This document shows, one piece after another, positions 14,901-23,530 of a stretch of DNA of 51,845 bases. The position numbers were made by a program, and so were the translations under genes. The stretch covers positions 1 through 51,845 of the forward strand of contig CAVJWU010000004.1 in NCBI GenBank assembly GCA_963653535.1, written 5' to 3'. Below the pieces are notes generated by a model. That model was not told where the DNA came from. It made no database searches and saw only the letters and a list, made by a program, of their open reading frames with translations. This DNA is from Azospirillum sp. CAG:239 (GTDB taxonomy: Bacteria > Bacillota_I > Bacilli_A > RFN20 > CAG-449). The stretch's first letter is position 1; each line of letters begins with the position of its first letter.

Positions 14901-15877
14901 AGATTTATTCCTCTTTCTCTTTGTCTATTAATGTAATAAGATTCTTCTTTTTCATTATCAAAATAGATTGATCTACTATTATCAATTACAATAGATTTTG
15001 CAAATATATCATGGATACATTTTCTTTTTTTAGTGAACATAAACATTGTATAAGAGATTAATATAGTACCGCCAAAGGAGAGAATACCTAAAATAATTTC
15101 AAATAAGAGATAACTAATCCAACGAGGTAATAACATATATTTTTTTAAAGTATAGCCTTTATCAGAGATTACTCCAATTTTAAAGATATGTTTACCAATC
15201 GTTTCATTATGTGGAGAAAATAAAGGAATTAAAAATTCAAAGATGAATGAAAATCCTCCTAGAACTGGTATTAACCAATATAAAGATGCCATTAATATTT
15301 GTTGATTAGAAGAAGTTAAAGAAGTAATAGATGAACAGTTGATAACGCTTTTACACGCACCTTGGAAAGCTTCATAAAAGAAAGTCACTGTGTCTTCTTC
15401 TTTTGAAGAATCAATCAAGGTGAACTTATATGTAGTTTCATCAAATGATTTAATGTTTGATGAAGTTGAACCAACTTTTAAAATATTAGTTTTATATACT
15501 TCACTTGATAAATTACTACTCGCGCCGTAAGAGGTATATTTAGTAGTATAAAATTCAAATAACGCTTTAGATAATTTAATGCCTTCATATTTTTTATTAT
15601 TAAATGTAACGGAGACTTCATATAAATCATCTAATTTTTTGATGTTTCCAAATTGAGAATATGCAGCATAATTACCATCATTATCAACCGCGAATAATCC
15701 AGAATCTTTATATAACTGAACTAGTTTAGTGTTATTATCTAACATCTTGGCTTTATCAAAGGTGTTAGGGAAAACAAGTGTAACATATAGTACTACACTT
15801 GTTAAAATTAAAATAAATAAGTCAATTACCCGCGATAAAATACGATGGGATTTCTTTGCATAATATATATTTTTCAT
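14897..15877 (-). CDS. RDD-family membrane protein with a roughly 160-aa extracytoplasmic insert
   Basis: RILSRVIDLFILIL, ETIGKHIFKIGVISDKG and CIHDIFAKSIVID match the three RDD-family signature blocks. I place the start at the ATG at 15877 (MKNIYYAKK), because the ORF-track extension to 15913 runs through a TGTTATAAT promoter element. Confidence 0.65.
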   Translation of the reverse strand: MKNIYYAKKSHRILSRVIDLFILILTSVVLYVTLVFPNTFDKAKMLDNNTKLVQLYKDSGLFAVDNDGNYAAYSQFGNIKKLDDLYEVSVTFNNKKYEGIKLSKALFEFYTTKYTSYGASSNLSSEVYKTNILKVGSTSSNIKSFDETTYKFTLIDSSKEEDTVTFFYEAFQGACKSVINCSSITSLTSSNQQILMASLYWLIPVLGGFSFIFEFLIPLFSPHNETIGKHIFKIGVISDKGYTLKKYMLLPRWISYLLFEIILGILSFGGTILISYTMFMFTKKRKCIHDIFAKSIVIDNSRSIYFDNEKEESYYINRQRERGINL

Positions 15878-15883
15878 GAGGAA

Positions 15884-15892
15884 ATTATAACA
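15884..15892 (-). promoter_or_regulatory. Extended -10 promoter (TGTTATAAT) positioned for a leaderless transcript of the RDD operon
   Basis: On the minus strand TGTTATAAT is followed by TTCCTC and then the ATG at 15877. There is no SD in front of either candidate start. Confidence 0.45.
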
Positions 15893-15918
15893 TATAGGAC
15901 AAAGATAAAACATAAAAA

Positions 15919-15942
15919 ATATATTTTTATATAAAAATATAT
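15919..15942. repeat. 24-bp perfect palindrome ATATATTTTTAT|ATAAAAATATAT in the divergent RDD-operon/rpsF intergenic region
   Basis: Read directly from the sequence. It is centred about 44 bp upstream of the -10 element at 15884-15889. Confidence 0.8.
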
Positions 15943-16069
15943 GTTAATTAAAGTAAATTATTTTTTAGGATTTTTTCTTCTTTTAGCAAAAGATATTAAT
16001 GTAGAACTTATTTGAAAGTGAAATAAGTAAAACTTTTTCTTTACTTTAACTTCTCTTTAATATATTATA

Positions 16070-16150
16070 TTAATGCGCGTATTCGCGTACGGGTGTGAAG
16101 GCCCAACTCTCTGCTACAAAAGATGTAGCCAGAAGACCATAGGGAGGTGT
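16070..16150 (+). promoter_or_regulatory. Structured, GC-enriched 5' leader of rpsF, a candidate S6:S18-binding autoregulatory leader
   Basis: This is an island of GC-rich sequence in an AT-rich spacer. It has hairpins CGCG-TATT-CGCG and GCTACA-AAAGA-TGTAGC, the latter extended by TCT/AGA and GG/CC pairs, ending at the AGGGAGG SD. rpsF operons in Bacillota are known to carry such leaders. Confidence 0.4.
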
Positions 16151-16155
16151 AAGTA

Positions 16156-16440
16156 ATGAAAAAATATGAGATTATGTATATCCTTAAAGCAAATCTTGAT
16201 GATGCAGCTCGTAACGAATTAATCGGCAAGCTCAATGACATTCTTACTTCTGAAGGTGGCGCTATTGAAAACGTCAACGAATGGGGTTTAAAAGATTTAG
16301 CTTACGAAATCAATCGTGAAAAAAAGGGATATTATGTTGTAGTCGATGCAAATGTTTCTTCAACAGCTGTTGTTGATGAATTCAGCAGAAGAGCAAAACT
16401 CAACGCTAATGTTTTACGTCATTTAGTTATCGCTAAATAA
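16156..16440 (+). CDS. rpsF: 30S ribosomal protein S6
   Basis: MKKYEIMYILKANLDD... is the canonical S6 N-terminus. Synteny is rpsF-ssb-rpsR. Confidence 0.95.
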   Translation: MKKYEIMYILKANLDDAARNELIGKLNDILTSEGGAIENVNEWGLKDLAYEINREKKGYYVVVDANVSSTAVVDEFSRRAKLNANVLRHLVIAK

Positions 16441-16466
16441 GTTCTACTATAGGAGGAATTATTTAT

Positions 16467-16925
16467 ATGATTAATCGTGTAGTATTAGTTGGACGTTTGA
16501 CAAGAGATCCAGAATTAAGAAGAACACAAAGTGGCTCAGCTGTAGCTTCCTTCACAGTAGCAGTTGATAACCGTACAAAGGATCAAAATGGTGAAAGAAC
16601 AACTTCATTCATTCCATGTACAGTTTGGAATCAAGCAGCAGAAAATGTTGCTAAATTCATGCACAAGGGTTCATTAGTAGGTGTCGAAGGTAGATTAAAC
16701 CAACGTAGCTACGATTCTAAGGACGGACGTCGTGTATCAGTCGTCGAAGTTATTTGTGACTCTGTTCAATTCTTAGAAAGAAAAGGAGAAGGTAATGTAT
16801 CTAGTTCATCAAATGATGATTTAGGTGCTTCACAATCATATCAACCTGATCCTGAACCAGTAGAAGAACCTGCATCTAAAAATGTATCTTCTATACCAGT
16901 CGCAGATGATGATTTACCATTCTAA
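16467..16925 (+). CDS. ssb: Single-stranded DNA-binding protein
   Basis: The OB-fold N-terminus MINRVVLVGRLTRDPELR and the acidic C-terminal tip DDDLPF are both present. Confidence 0.95.
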   Translation: MINRVVLVGRLTRDPELRRTQSGSAVASFTVAVDNRTKDQNGERTTSFIPCTVWNQAAENVAKFMHKGSLVGVEGRLNQRSYDSKDGRRVSVVEVICDSVQFLERKGEGNVSSSSNDDLGASQSYQPDPEPVEEPASKNVSSIPVADDDLPF

Positions 16926-16976
16926 GTGGTAGTCAAAATTTGATCCTAAGCAATTAGGAGGAAAGGTAGGAAAATT

Positions 16977-17204
16977 ATGGCATTTAAGAAAATGAGACCT
17001 AGAAAAAAGGTTTGTATTTTTTGTAAAAATAAGAATCAAGTAATTGATTATAAAGATGTTGAAACTTTAAAACGTTTCGTTTCTCCTAACGGAAAAATTT
17101 CACCACGTCGTGTAACAGGCGCATGTGCAAAACATCAAAGAGCTGTTGAACAAGCAATTAAGAATGCTCGTATCATGGCTTTATTACCATTCATTGCTGA
17201 TTAA
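16977..17204 (+). CDS. rpsR: 30S ribosomal protein S18
   Basis: The sequence [36 protein letters not shown]...KHQR is the S18 signature region. Confidence 0.95.
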   Translation: MAFKKMRPRKKVCIFCKNKNQVIDYKDVETLKRFVSPNGKISPRRVTGACAKHQRAVEQAIKNARIMALLPFIAD

Positions 17205-17217
17205 TTATTGAATGTTT

Positions 17218-17243
17218 AACCCGGTTTATCCGGGTTTTATTTT
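17218..17243 (+). terminator. Rho-independent terminator after rpsR
   Basis: AACCCGG-TTTAT-CCGGGTT followed by TTATTTT. Confidence 0.8.
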
Positions 17244-17294
17244 ACTTAAAATTAATTAATTCATGGTATTATATTTAAATATGGAGGCTAAAAG

Positions 17295-18281
17295 ATGAGA
17301 AATAGTTCATTTAAAATTCGTCAAATTACTGATGCAAGCGTTATTGTTGCACTTTATGCTATCTTTTTACTTATCAGTCGACTTACTGGGAGTCTACTTG
17401 AATGTGATTTCTTTTTTATAATGCCTTTACCAATTGCTCTATATGCGTATAAATATGATTTAAAAACAACTTTGATTCCTTTTGTATCTACTGCGATAAT
17501 TGCAATATTTTTATGTACTAATCCGTTTAATGCTTTAGTATATGTTTTGCCAGGACTAATCATCGGTTCTCTTCATGGAGGATTATTTTCTAAAATAAAA
17601 ATAAATAGGTGGTTAAATATTTTTATTTTGACTCTTCTTTCTTCTATTACAGAAGTTTTATCCGCGGTAGTTTTATCAAGTGTATTAGGTGTAGAAAATA
17701 TTTTTGATAGTATTACATATATTGTTAATTTAATTAATGACGCTTTAACTAAGATGAATATTTCTTCATTTAACTTAACTTTACTTAAAAGCGTTATGCA
17801 AGGATTAATACCTTCTATTATTCTTATTATTAGTTTAATGGATGCGGTTGTCTTTTATCTTTGTTTTATCCTTTTTATTCAAAGAACTAAAATTAAAAAA
17901 GATGACTTTGATTTTAAAGAAAAATTTAGCTTTAATTCTCAGTCTCCTTTATTTGGTATAATCTATGTTCTTATTGTTGCTTTAAGTATAGTTAGTGTTA
18001 GTTTTTACGTTAAAAGCGAGGGATTTTTATATGTTTTATATACGATAATCATTAACGTATTTGTTATTTTAACATTCGTTTTTGCTTATTTTGGCTATAA
18101 ATTTATAATTATGATCGCTCGTATTTATAATAAGAAATGGCTCATTATAATTGCGATGGTTGGAGTAATTGTTCTTTTCCCTCTTGTTAGTTTAATCGGT
18201 GTTATTGATAACATTGGACAAATAAGTGTTAGATTAATTGGAACAAAAAACAATGACAATACAACTAATAAAAATCTTTAA
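17295..18281 (+). CDS. yybS: YybS-like polytopic membrane protein (DUF2232)
   Basis: Multi-pass membrane protein at the conserved position between rpsR and gdpP, as in Bacillus subtilis yybS. A GGAGG SD is present. Confidence 0.65.
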   Translation: MRNSSFKIRQITDASVIVALYAIFLLISRLTGSLLECDFFFIMPLPIALYAYKYDLKTTLIPFVSTAIIAIFLCTNPFNALVYVLPGLIIGSLHGGLFSKIKINRWLNIFILTLLSSITEVLSAVVLSSVLGVENIFDSITYIVNLINDALTKMNISSFNLTLLKSVMQGLIPSIILIISLMDAVVFYLCFILFIQRTKIKKDDFDFKEKFSFNSQSPLFGIIYVLIVALSIVSVSFYVKSEGFLYVLYTIIINVFVILTFVFAYFGYKFIIMIARIYNKKWLIIIAMVGVIVLFPLVSLIGVIDNIGQISVRLIGTKNNDNTTNKNL

Positions 18282-18367
18282 ACTTAAAATTTACTATATA
18301 TTAAATATATAGTATAATAAAAAAAGCTATAGATATTATTTAGTTTATTTTGTCGGAGGTAACTCAT

Positions 18368-20371
18368 ATGCAAAAATTGATTAGGAAATACATATTACTT
18401 TTTTTAGGCCTATCTACTTTAGAAATTATTGGCGCAGCAGTATTATTCTTATTTCATACATTTAATTATAAAAATATTACTGAAGTTTCTATTATTACAT
18501 TATGTGGAATTATTCTTTTTGATGCTTTTCTTTTAATCTTTGCTTTCTCAAGAGTTATGAAAGAAAAACAAAAGACTGAAATTTCTATTATTGAAATTGT
18601 TGGTGAAGGTATTCAAGAAGTTTATAACTTTGGTCAAATGGGTATCATGATTGTTGACGATAATGATTCTGTCATTTGGGCTAATGAATGGTTTAAAAAT
18701 ACTAAAGACAAAATCATTGATAAAAATATTTATGAATGGAACCATGATTTAATCGCTTTACAAGATAAATCAGTTGATGATATTCAAATTGAAATTGAAA
18801 ACCGTGTTTATAAAGTAAAACTTGTTAGAGATGCAAACTTATTTATCTTTAAAGAAGTTACTCAACTTGCAACAATTGAAAAATATGTATTAGATCATGC
18901 ACCAGTAATTGGTTTAATTACAATTGATGATTATCAAGACAATGTATCATTAGATAATGAAGGTAAATGGAACGATATTATTGGATCTATTCAAAAAGCA
19001 ATCTTTGATTATGGTAAGAAATATGGTGTTCTTATTAGAAAAATTAGATCTGATTCTTATTCATTAGTCGCGAATGACTTACAATATCAACAAATGTTAA
19101 ATGATAAATTTTCTCTTCTAAACGATGTTAGAAAAATATCGAAAGAAGAAGGTGTTGATTTAACTATTTCTATGGGTATCTCATTAGGTACTAGTGATTA
19201 TATTAAATTAAATGAATTAGCTTCTGATGCGGTTGATGTATGTGCATCCCGTGGAGGTGACCAAGCAGTCGTTGAAGAATATGGTAAGAAAATTATCTTC
19301 ATCGGTGGTAAAACTGAAGCGAAGAGTTCTAGATCAAGAACAAAAGTTAAGTGGACTGCTAAATCGCTTGAAACATATATGCTTGAAGCTGATAAAGTCT
19401 TCATTATGGGACACTCTAATGCAGATTTAGATGCCATTGGTTCTTGTTTAGGCTTTTATACAATCGCGCATCAATTAGGCAAAGAAACTTATATTGTTTA
19501 CGATGATAAAAGTATTGAATCAAAAACTAGACAAGCATTTAAATGTAGTTTTGATCGTGAAACTATTAGAGAAATGGTTGTTACACCTAAAGAAGCAGTA
19601 GAAAAAATGACTAAAGACTCATTACTTATTTGTACTGACTTCCATCGTCCTAAGTTAGCTCTTGCAGAAAATTTAATTGATTTATTTAGTAAAATCGCGG
19701 TTATTGACCACCATAGACGTGGGGATGAAATTATTGAATCACCAGTACTTGTTTACATTGAACCTAGTGCATCAAGTGCAAGTGAATTATGCGCGGATAT
19801 GATTAAGAACTTAGATAAACGTATTATCATTCCTGAAAATGTTGCGAATATGCTTCTTGCAGGTATTTTACTAGACACCAACCATTACCGTAACAAAACT
19901 TCTAAATCAACTTATGATGCTTCTTATTTCTTAAAAGAATTCGGCGCGGATAACTTGATTGCTGATTCTTTCTTAAAAGAAGAATTTGAAGAACATAACC
20001 TCAAGATTAAGATTATGTCAACGGCATATTTCCCTTATACAGGAATTGTTATTTGTACTTACGACGATCCTGAGCCAATTGATAGAGCTATGTTATCGAT
20101 GGTTGCACAAGATACTCTTGAAATAAAAGGAGTTAATGCATGTTTCTGTATTGGTAAAATTAGTGAAAATAGTATTGGTGTTTCAGCACGTAGCGATGGA
20201 AGTGTCAATGTTCAATTCTTAATCGAAAAGATTGGTGGAGGTGGACACTTCGCCGCGGCTGCAGGACAATTTAAAGACACAAGTGTTGCAAAAGTTAAAC
20301 AAAATATTGAAGAAGTATTAGAAGATTATCTAGAACAAAGTAGAAATACTGGAGATAAGGAGATAGATTAA
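18368..20371 (+). CDS. gdpP: Cyclic-di-AMP phosphodiesterase GdpP (2 TM, PAS-like, degenerate GGDEF, DHH/DHHA1)
   Basis: Two N-terminal TM helices. DHH motifs GHSNADLDAIGS, DHHRRG and the DHHA1 motif GGGGH are present. Synteny is yybS-gdpP-rplI-dnaB. The start is set at the ATG at 18368, 8 nt after GGAGG, instead of the TTG at 18350. Confidence 0.9.
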   Translation: MQKLIRKYILLFLGLSTLEIIGAAVLFLFHTFNYKNITEVSIITLCGIILFDAFLLIFAFSRVMKEKQKTEISIIEIVGEGIQEVYNFGQMGIMIVDDNDSVIWANEWFKNTKDKIIDKNIYEWNHDLIALQDKSVDDIQIEIENRVYKVKLVRDANLFIFKEVTQLATIEKYVLDHAPVIGLITIDDYQDNVSLDNEGKWNDIIGSIQKAIFDYGKKYGVLIRKIRSDSYSLVANDLQYQQMLNDKFSLLNDVRKISKEEGVDLTISMGISLGTSDYIKLNELASDAVDVCASRGGDQAVVEEYGKKIIFIGGKTEAKSSRSRTKVKWTAKSLETYMLEADKVFIMGHSNADLDAIGSCLGFYTIAHQLGKETYIVYDDKSIESKTRQAFKCSFDRETIREMVVTPKEAVEKMTKDSLLICTDFHRPKLALAENLIDLFSKIAVIDHHRRGDEIIESPVLVYIEPSASSASELCADMIKNLDKRIIIPENVANMLLAGILLDTNHYRNKTSKSTYDASYFLKEFGADNLIADSFLKEEFEEHNLKIKIMSTAYFPYTGIVICTYDDPEPIDRAMLSMVAQDTLEIKGVNACFCIGKISENSIGVSARSDGSVNVQFLIEKIGGGGHFAAAAGQFKDTSVAKVKQNIEEVLEDYLEQSRNTGDKEID

Positions 20372-20372
20372 T

Positions 20373-20822
20373 ATGAAAGTTATTTTATTACAAGATGTTA
20401 GTAAGATTGGTAGAAAAAACCAAATCGTTGAAGTTTCTGATGGTTATGCGAGCAACTATTTAATTCCTAGAAAACTCGCGGTTAAATTAACTACCACAGA
20501 AGTTTATAAACGTGATCAACAAATTCAAGAAGAAAAAGAAGAATTCGCAAGAAAACAACAAGAAGCTCGTGAAGTTAGTGAAAAACTTAAAGATATCGTA
20601 TTAGAATTTGAAGCTACTTCTAGTAAAGATGGTAGAATGATGGGAACAATTTCACCAAAAGAAATCGTTCATGAATTAAAAGAAAAATACGATATTGTTG
20701 TTGATAAAAGAAAATTTGTCGATAAATATCCATGTAATTCATTTGGATACACTAATTTAAAAGTTGAATTATTTAAGGATGTTATTGCAACTGTTCGAGT
20801 ACATGTTTCTGAAAAGAAGTAG
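20373..20822 (+). CDS. rplI: 50S ribosomal protein L9
   Basis: MKVILLQDVSKIGRKNQIVEVSDGYASNYLIPRKLA is the canonical L9 N-terminus. Confidence 0.95.
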   Translation: MKVILLQDVSKIGRKNQIVEVSDGYASNYLIPRKLAVKLTTTEVYKRDQQIQEEKEEFARKQQEAREVSEKLKDIVLEFEATSSKDGRMMGTISPKEIVHELKEKYDIVVDKRKFVDKYPCNSFGYTNLKVELFKDVIATVRVHVSEKK

Positions 20823-20832
20823 GTGATAAATA

Positions 20833-22266
20833 ATGGAGAATTTACCACATAATGAAGAATCAGAACGTATAGTTCTCGCTTCGATTCTTCAATCTACTGA
20901 TTCTGCGATTGTTACTGAACTTGCAGATCAATTAACAGAAGAAGATTTCTTTAATCCTAATTCGGTTAATAAAAGAAAACCTGAACCAAGTAGAAATGCA
21001 TTAATCTTAAGAGCGATTAAAAACATTAGAAAGAATGGAGTCCCACTAGACTTAGCTTCTCTTACTAATGAATTAGACGTTAATATGAAGGCATTAACTT
21101 CTATTGGAGGCCTTGAATATTTAAAAGAAATCATTGAAAACTATTTAGGTGATCGAAATGCTATATATCACCGTAATACTTTACAAGATTTAACTTTAGC
21201 GAGAAGATTAATCCTCCAAATGGAAGATTGTGTAAAAGGTTTTGAAAACAAAACATTTACTGATGTAGGTCAATATGTCGCGACATGTGAAAAACAAATT
21301 TTAAATATTACTCAATCTCGTCGAGTTTCTGAATTTGTTTCAACTGGTGATATCGCTCAAAAGATTGTTTCAGAAATCACGATTGGTGAGAAAGAAAGAA
21401 AAAACGATCGAATTAATTCAGGTTATTCACTTTTAGATTCTTATACACAAGGTTGGTTACCTGGTGAATTTAATATTATCGCAGCTCGACCTTCAGTTGG
21501 TAAAACAGCTTTTGCTTTAAATTTAGCTTATCGTGCCGCGGATAACTCAAATAGAACAGTCGCTTTCTTTTCATTAGAAATGGAAGCAAAAGCAATTGTT
21601 AAAAGAATGCTTTCTTTTACTAGTCAAGTTAACTCAGGAAAATTTTCTGATACGAAGAAATTAACTCCTGATGATTTACTCGCGATTGAACGTGCGGTAG
21701 AAGCGATTAAGAATAATAAATTATTAATTGATGATACTCCTGCAGCTAAAATATCTGATATTAAAACTAAGGTACAAAGACTTAAAGCTTCTCATCCTGA
21801 TTTAGGGGCGATATTTATTGATTACCTCGGTTTAATTACTACAAATGAAAGATATGATTCTAGACAAACTGAAGTCGCAGATATTTCTCGTCAATTAAAG
21901 GCAATCGCCCGTGAAGTTGAAGTTCCTATCATATGTTTATCTCAATTATCACGTAATAACGAACAAAGAACAGCTTCTGATCGTATGCCTAAATTATCTG
22001 ACATAAGAGATTCTGGTTCGATTGAACAAGATGCAGATAAAGTAATGTTTATTTATCGAGATAATTATCAAAATGCAGAAGAAATGAAAAAGACAGAAAA
22101 TGAAGCGATTGATTATGATCGTAGCCCATTTGAAAATGCAGTACCTACTAAAATTAGTATCGCGAAGAACCGTAATGGTCGAGTTGGTATTATTTCTTTC
22201 TCGTTCTTAATGGATATTGGCTTATTCGTTGAGAATGTTGCAGAAAATAAATCCATGGGAGAATAA
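20833..22266 (+). CDS. dnaB: Replicative DNA helicase (DnaB family; DnaC in B. subtilis nomenclature)
   Basis: PHNEESERIVLASIL N-terminus, Walker A ARPSVGKTAF, Walker B IFIDYLGL, and LSQLSR and DSGSIEQDAD motifs. Confidence 0.95.
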   Translation: MENLPHNEESERIVLASILQSTDSAIVTELADQLTEEDFFNPNSVNKRKPEPSRNALILRAIKNIRKNGVPLDLASLTNELDVNMKALTSIGGLEYLKEIIENYLGDRNAIYHRNTLQDLTLARRLILQMEDCVKGFENKTFTDVGQYVATCEKQILNITQSRRVSEFVSTGDIAQKIVSEITIGEKERKNDRINSGYSLLDSYTQGWLPGEFNIIAARPSVGKTAFALNLAYRAADNSNRTVAFFSLEMEAKAIVKRMLSFTSQVNSGKFSDTKKLTPDDLLAIERAVEAIKNNKLLIDDTPAAKISDIKTKVQRLKASHPDLGAIFIDYLGLITTNERYDSRQTEVADISRQLKAIAREVEVPIICLSQLSRNNEQRTASDRMPKLSDIRDSGSIEQDADKVMFIYRDNYQNAEEMKKTENEAIDYDRSPFENAVPTKISIAKNRNGRVGIISFSFLMDIGLFVENVAENKSMGE

Positions 22267-22267
22267 A

Positions 22268-23029
22268 ATGGAATTTCATATATTTGAATCTGGCTCAAAA
22301 GGAAACTGTACGCTTATTACTACTAGTAGTAATCATCACATCTTAATTGATGATGGAATAAGTAAAAAGAAATTAGTCGGTTACTTAAATCAATATTCAT
22401 TAAATCTCGATGATATTGAAGCGTTACTAGTTACACATAATCATACAGATCATATCGCAGGAATAGATAAAACTTTTTCTAAAGATAAAATTTATACAAC
22501 TAAATTAGTTCATTTAGATATTCCAGAAAAAAATGAAATAGTTCCTTTTTCTTCATATAATATTGCTGGAATCAAAGTACAAGTAGTTCCTACTTCACAT
22601 GATGCACCTGGTTCTATTGGATTTATTTTAGAAGATGAAGATGAAAAACTAGTCTATATCACCGATACTGGGTATCTATTTGAAAGAGTGGTTGATATGA
22701 TTATGAATGCAGATTATTACATTATTGAATCTAATCATAATGTAAGAATGCTTATAAATACTAATAGACCTCAACACTTAAAGAAACGTATTATGGGTGA
22801 TGAAGGTCACTTATCTAATATTGATTCGGCTAATTACATGTGTGATGTAATTGGTGAAAAAACAAAACAAATTATTCTTGCGCATTTATCTGAAGAAGCT
22901 AATTCTCCGACTCAAGCATTAATTGATTATGCACAAGAATTTGAAAAGAGAGATGTGGATTTTACTCGTTATGATATTCGATGTGCATCTCAACATGAAA
23001 TTGTATCAGGAGGCAACTTAAAAAAATAA
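22268..23029 (+). CDS. MBL-fold metallo-hydrolase, WalJ/YycJ-like
   Basis: HxHxDH motif THNHTDHIAG. The ATG at 22268 follows the dnaB stop by 1 nt. The ORF-track N-terminal 17 aa overlap dnaB and are probably not translated. Confidence 0.8.
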   Translation: MEFHIFESGSKGNCTLITTSSNHHILIDDGISKKKLVGYLNQYSLNLDDIEALLVTHNHTDHIAGIDKTFSKDKIYTTKLVHLDIPEKNEIVPFSSYNIAGIKVQVVPTSHDAPGSIGFILEDEDEKLVYITDTGYLFERVVDMIMNADYYIIESNHNVRMLINTNRPQHLKKRIMGDEGHLSNIDSANYMCDVIGEKTKQIILAHLSEEANSPTQALIDYAQEFEKRDVDFTRYDIRCASQHEIVSGGNLKK

Positions 23030-23030
23030 T

Positions 23031-23513
23031 ATGGTGAATATTAGATTAATAGTTGTTGGTAAATTAAAAGAAAAATTTCATAAAGATGAAGTTGATGAAT
23101 ATTTAAAGAGACTTTCTAAATACGCGAAAGTTAGCGTTATTGAAGTTAACGAAGAAAAGATTAAAGATAATTCTTCACAAAAAGAAGATGAACTTATCAT
23201 CTATAAAGAAGGTCAAAATATCTTAAAATACATTAACGAAAAAGATTATGTTTTCTTACTTGATTTACATGGTCAAGAAATTGATAGCGTGTCTTTTAGT
23301 CAAAAGCTTGATCGCGTCATGACTGAAGGATATTCTAACATCGATTTCGTCATTGGAGGTAGCTTAGGAGTAAGCGATGAATTAAGAAAAATTTCTAAAT
23401 TCAAATTAAAACTTTCTCCTATGACTTTCACTCATCAAATGACGAGAATTATTATTTTAGAACAAATTTATCGAGCGTTTAAAATTAATAATAATGAAAC
23501 ATATCATAAATAG
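23031..23513 (+). CDS. rlmH: 23S rRNA (pseudouridine1915-N3)-methyltransferase RlmH (SPOUT)
   Basis: Length of 160 aa, with VGKLKEKF...EYLKRLSKY and the C-terminal LSPMTFTHQMTRIILLEQIYRA typical of RlmH. Confidence 0.9.
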   Translation: MVNIRLIVVGKLKEKFHKDEVDEYLKRLSKYAKVSVIEVNEEKIKDNSSQKEDELIIYKEGQNILKYINEKDYVFLLDLHGQEIDSVSFSQKLDRVMTEGYSNIDFVIGGSLGVSDELRKISKFKLKLSPMTFTHQMTRIIILEQIYRAFKINNNETYHK

Positions 23514-23530
23514 AAAGGAGGTAGGCGAAT

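Noticed and set aside
16065-16277. 70-aa minus-strand ORF spanning the rpsF leader and the 5' end of rpsF.
   Set aside because: It overlaps the unmistakable S6 coding sequence and the structured leader. It is better explained as non-coding.
18311-18333. Inverted repeat TACTATATAT-TAA-ATATATAGTA between yybS and gdpP.
   Set aside because: It is pure AT sequence overlapping a likely TATAAT box. It could be a weak hairpin or nothing, and I judged it insufficient to call an operator or terminator.
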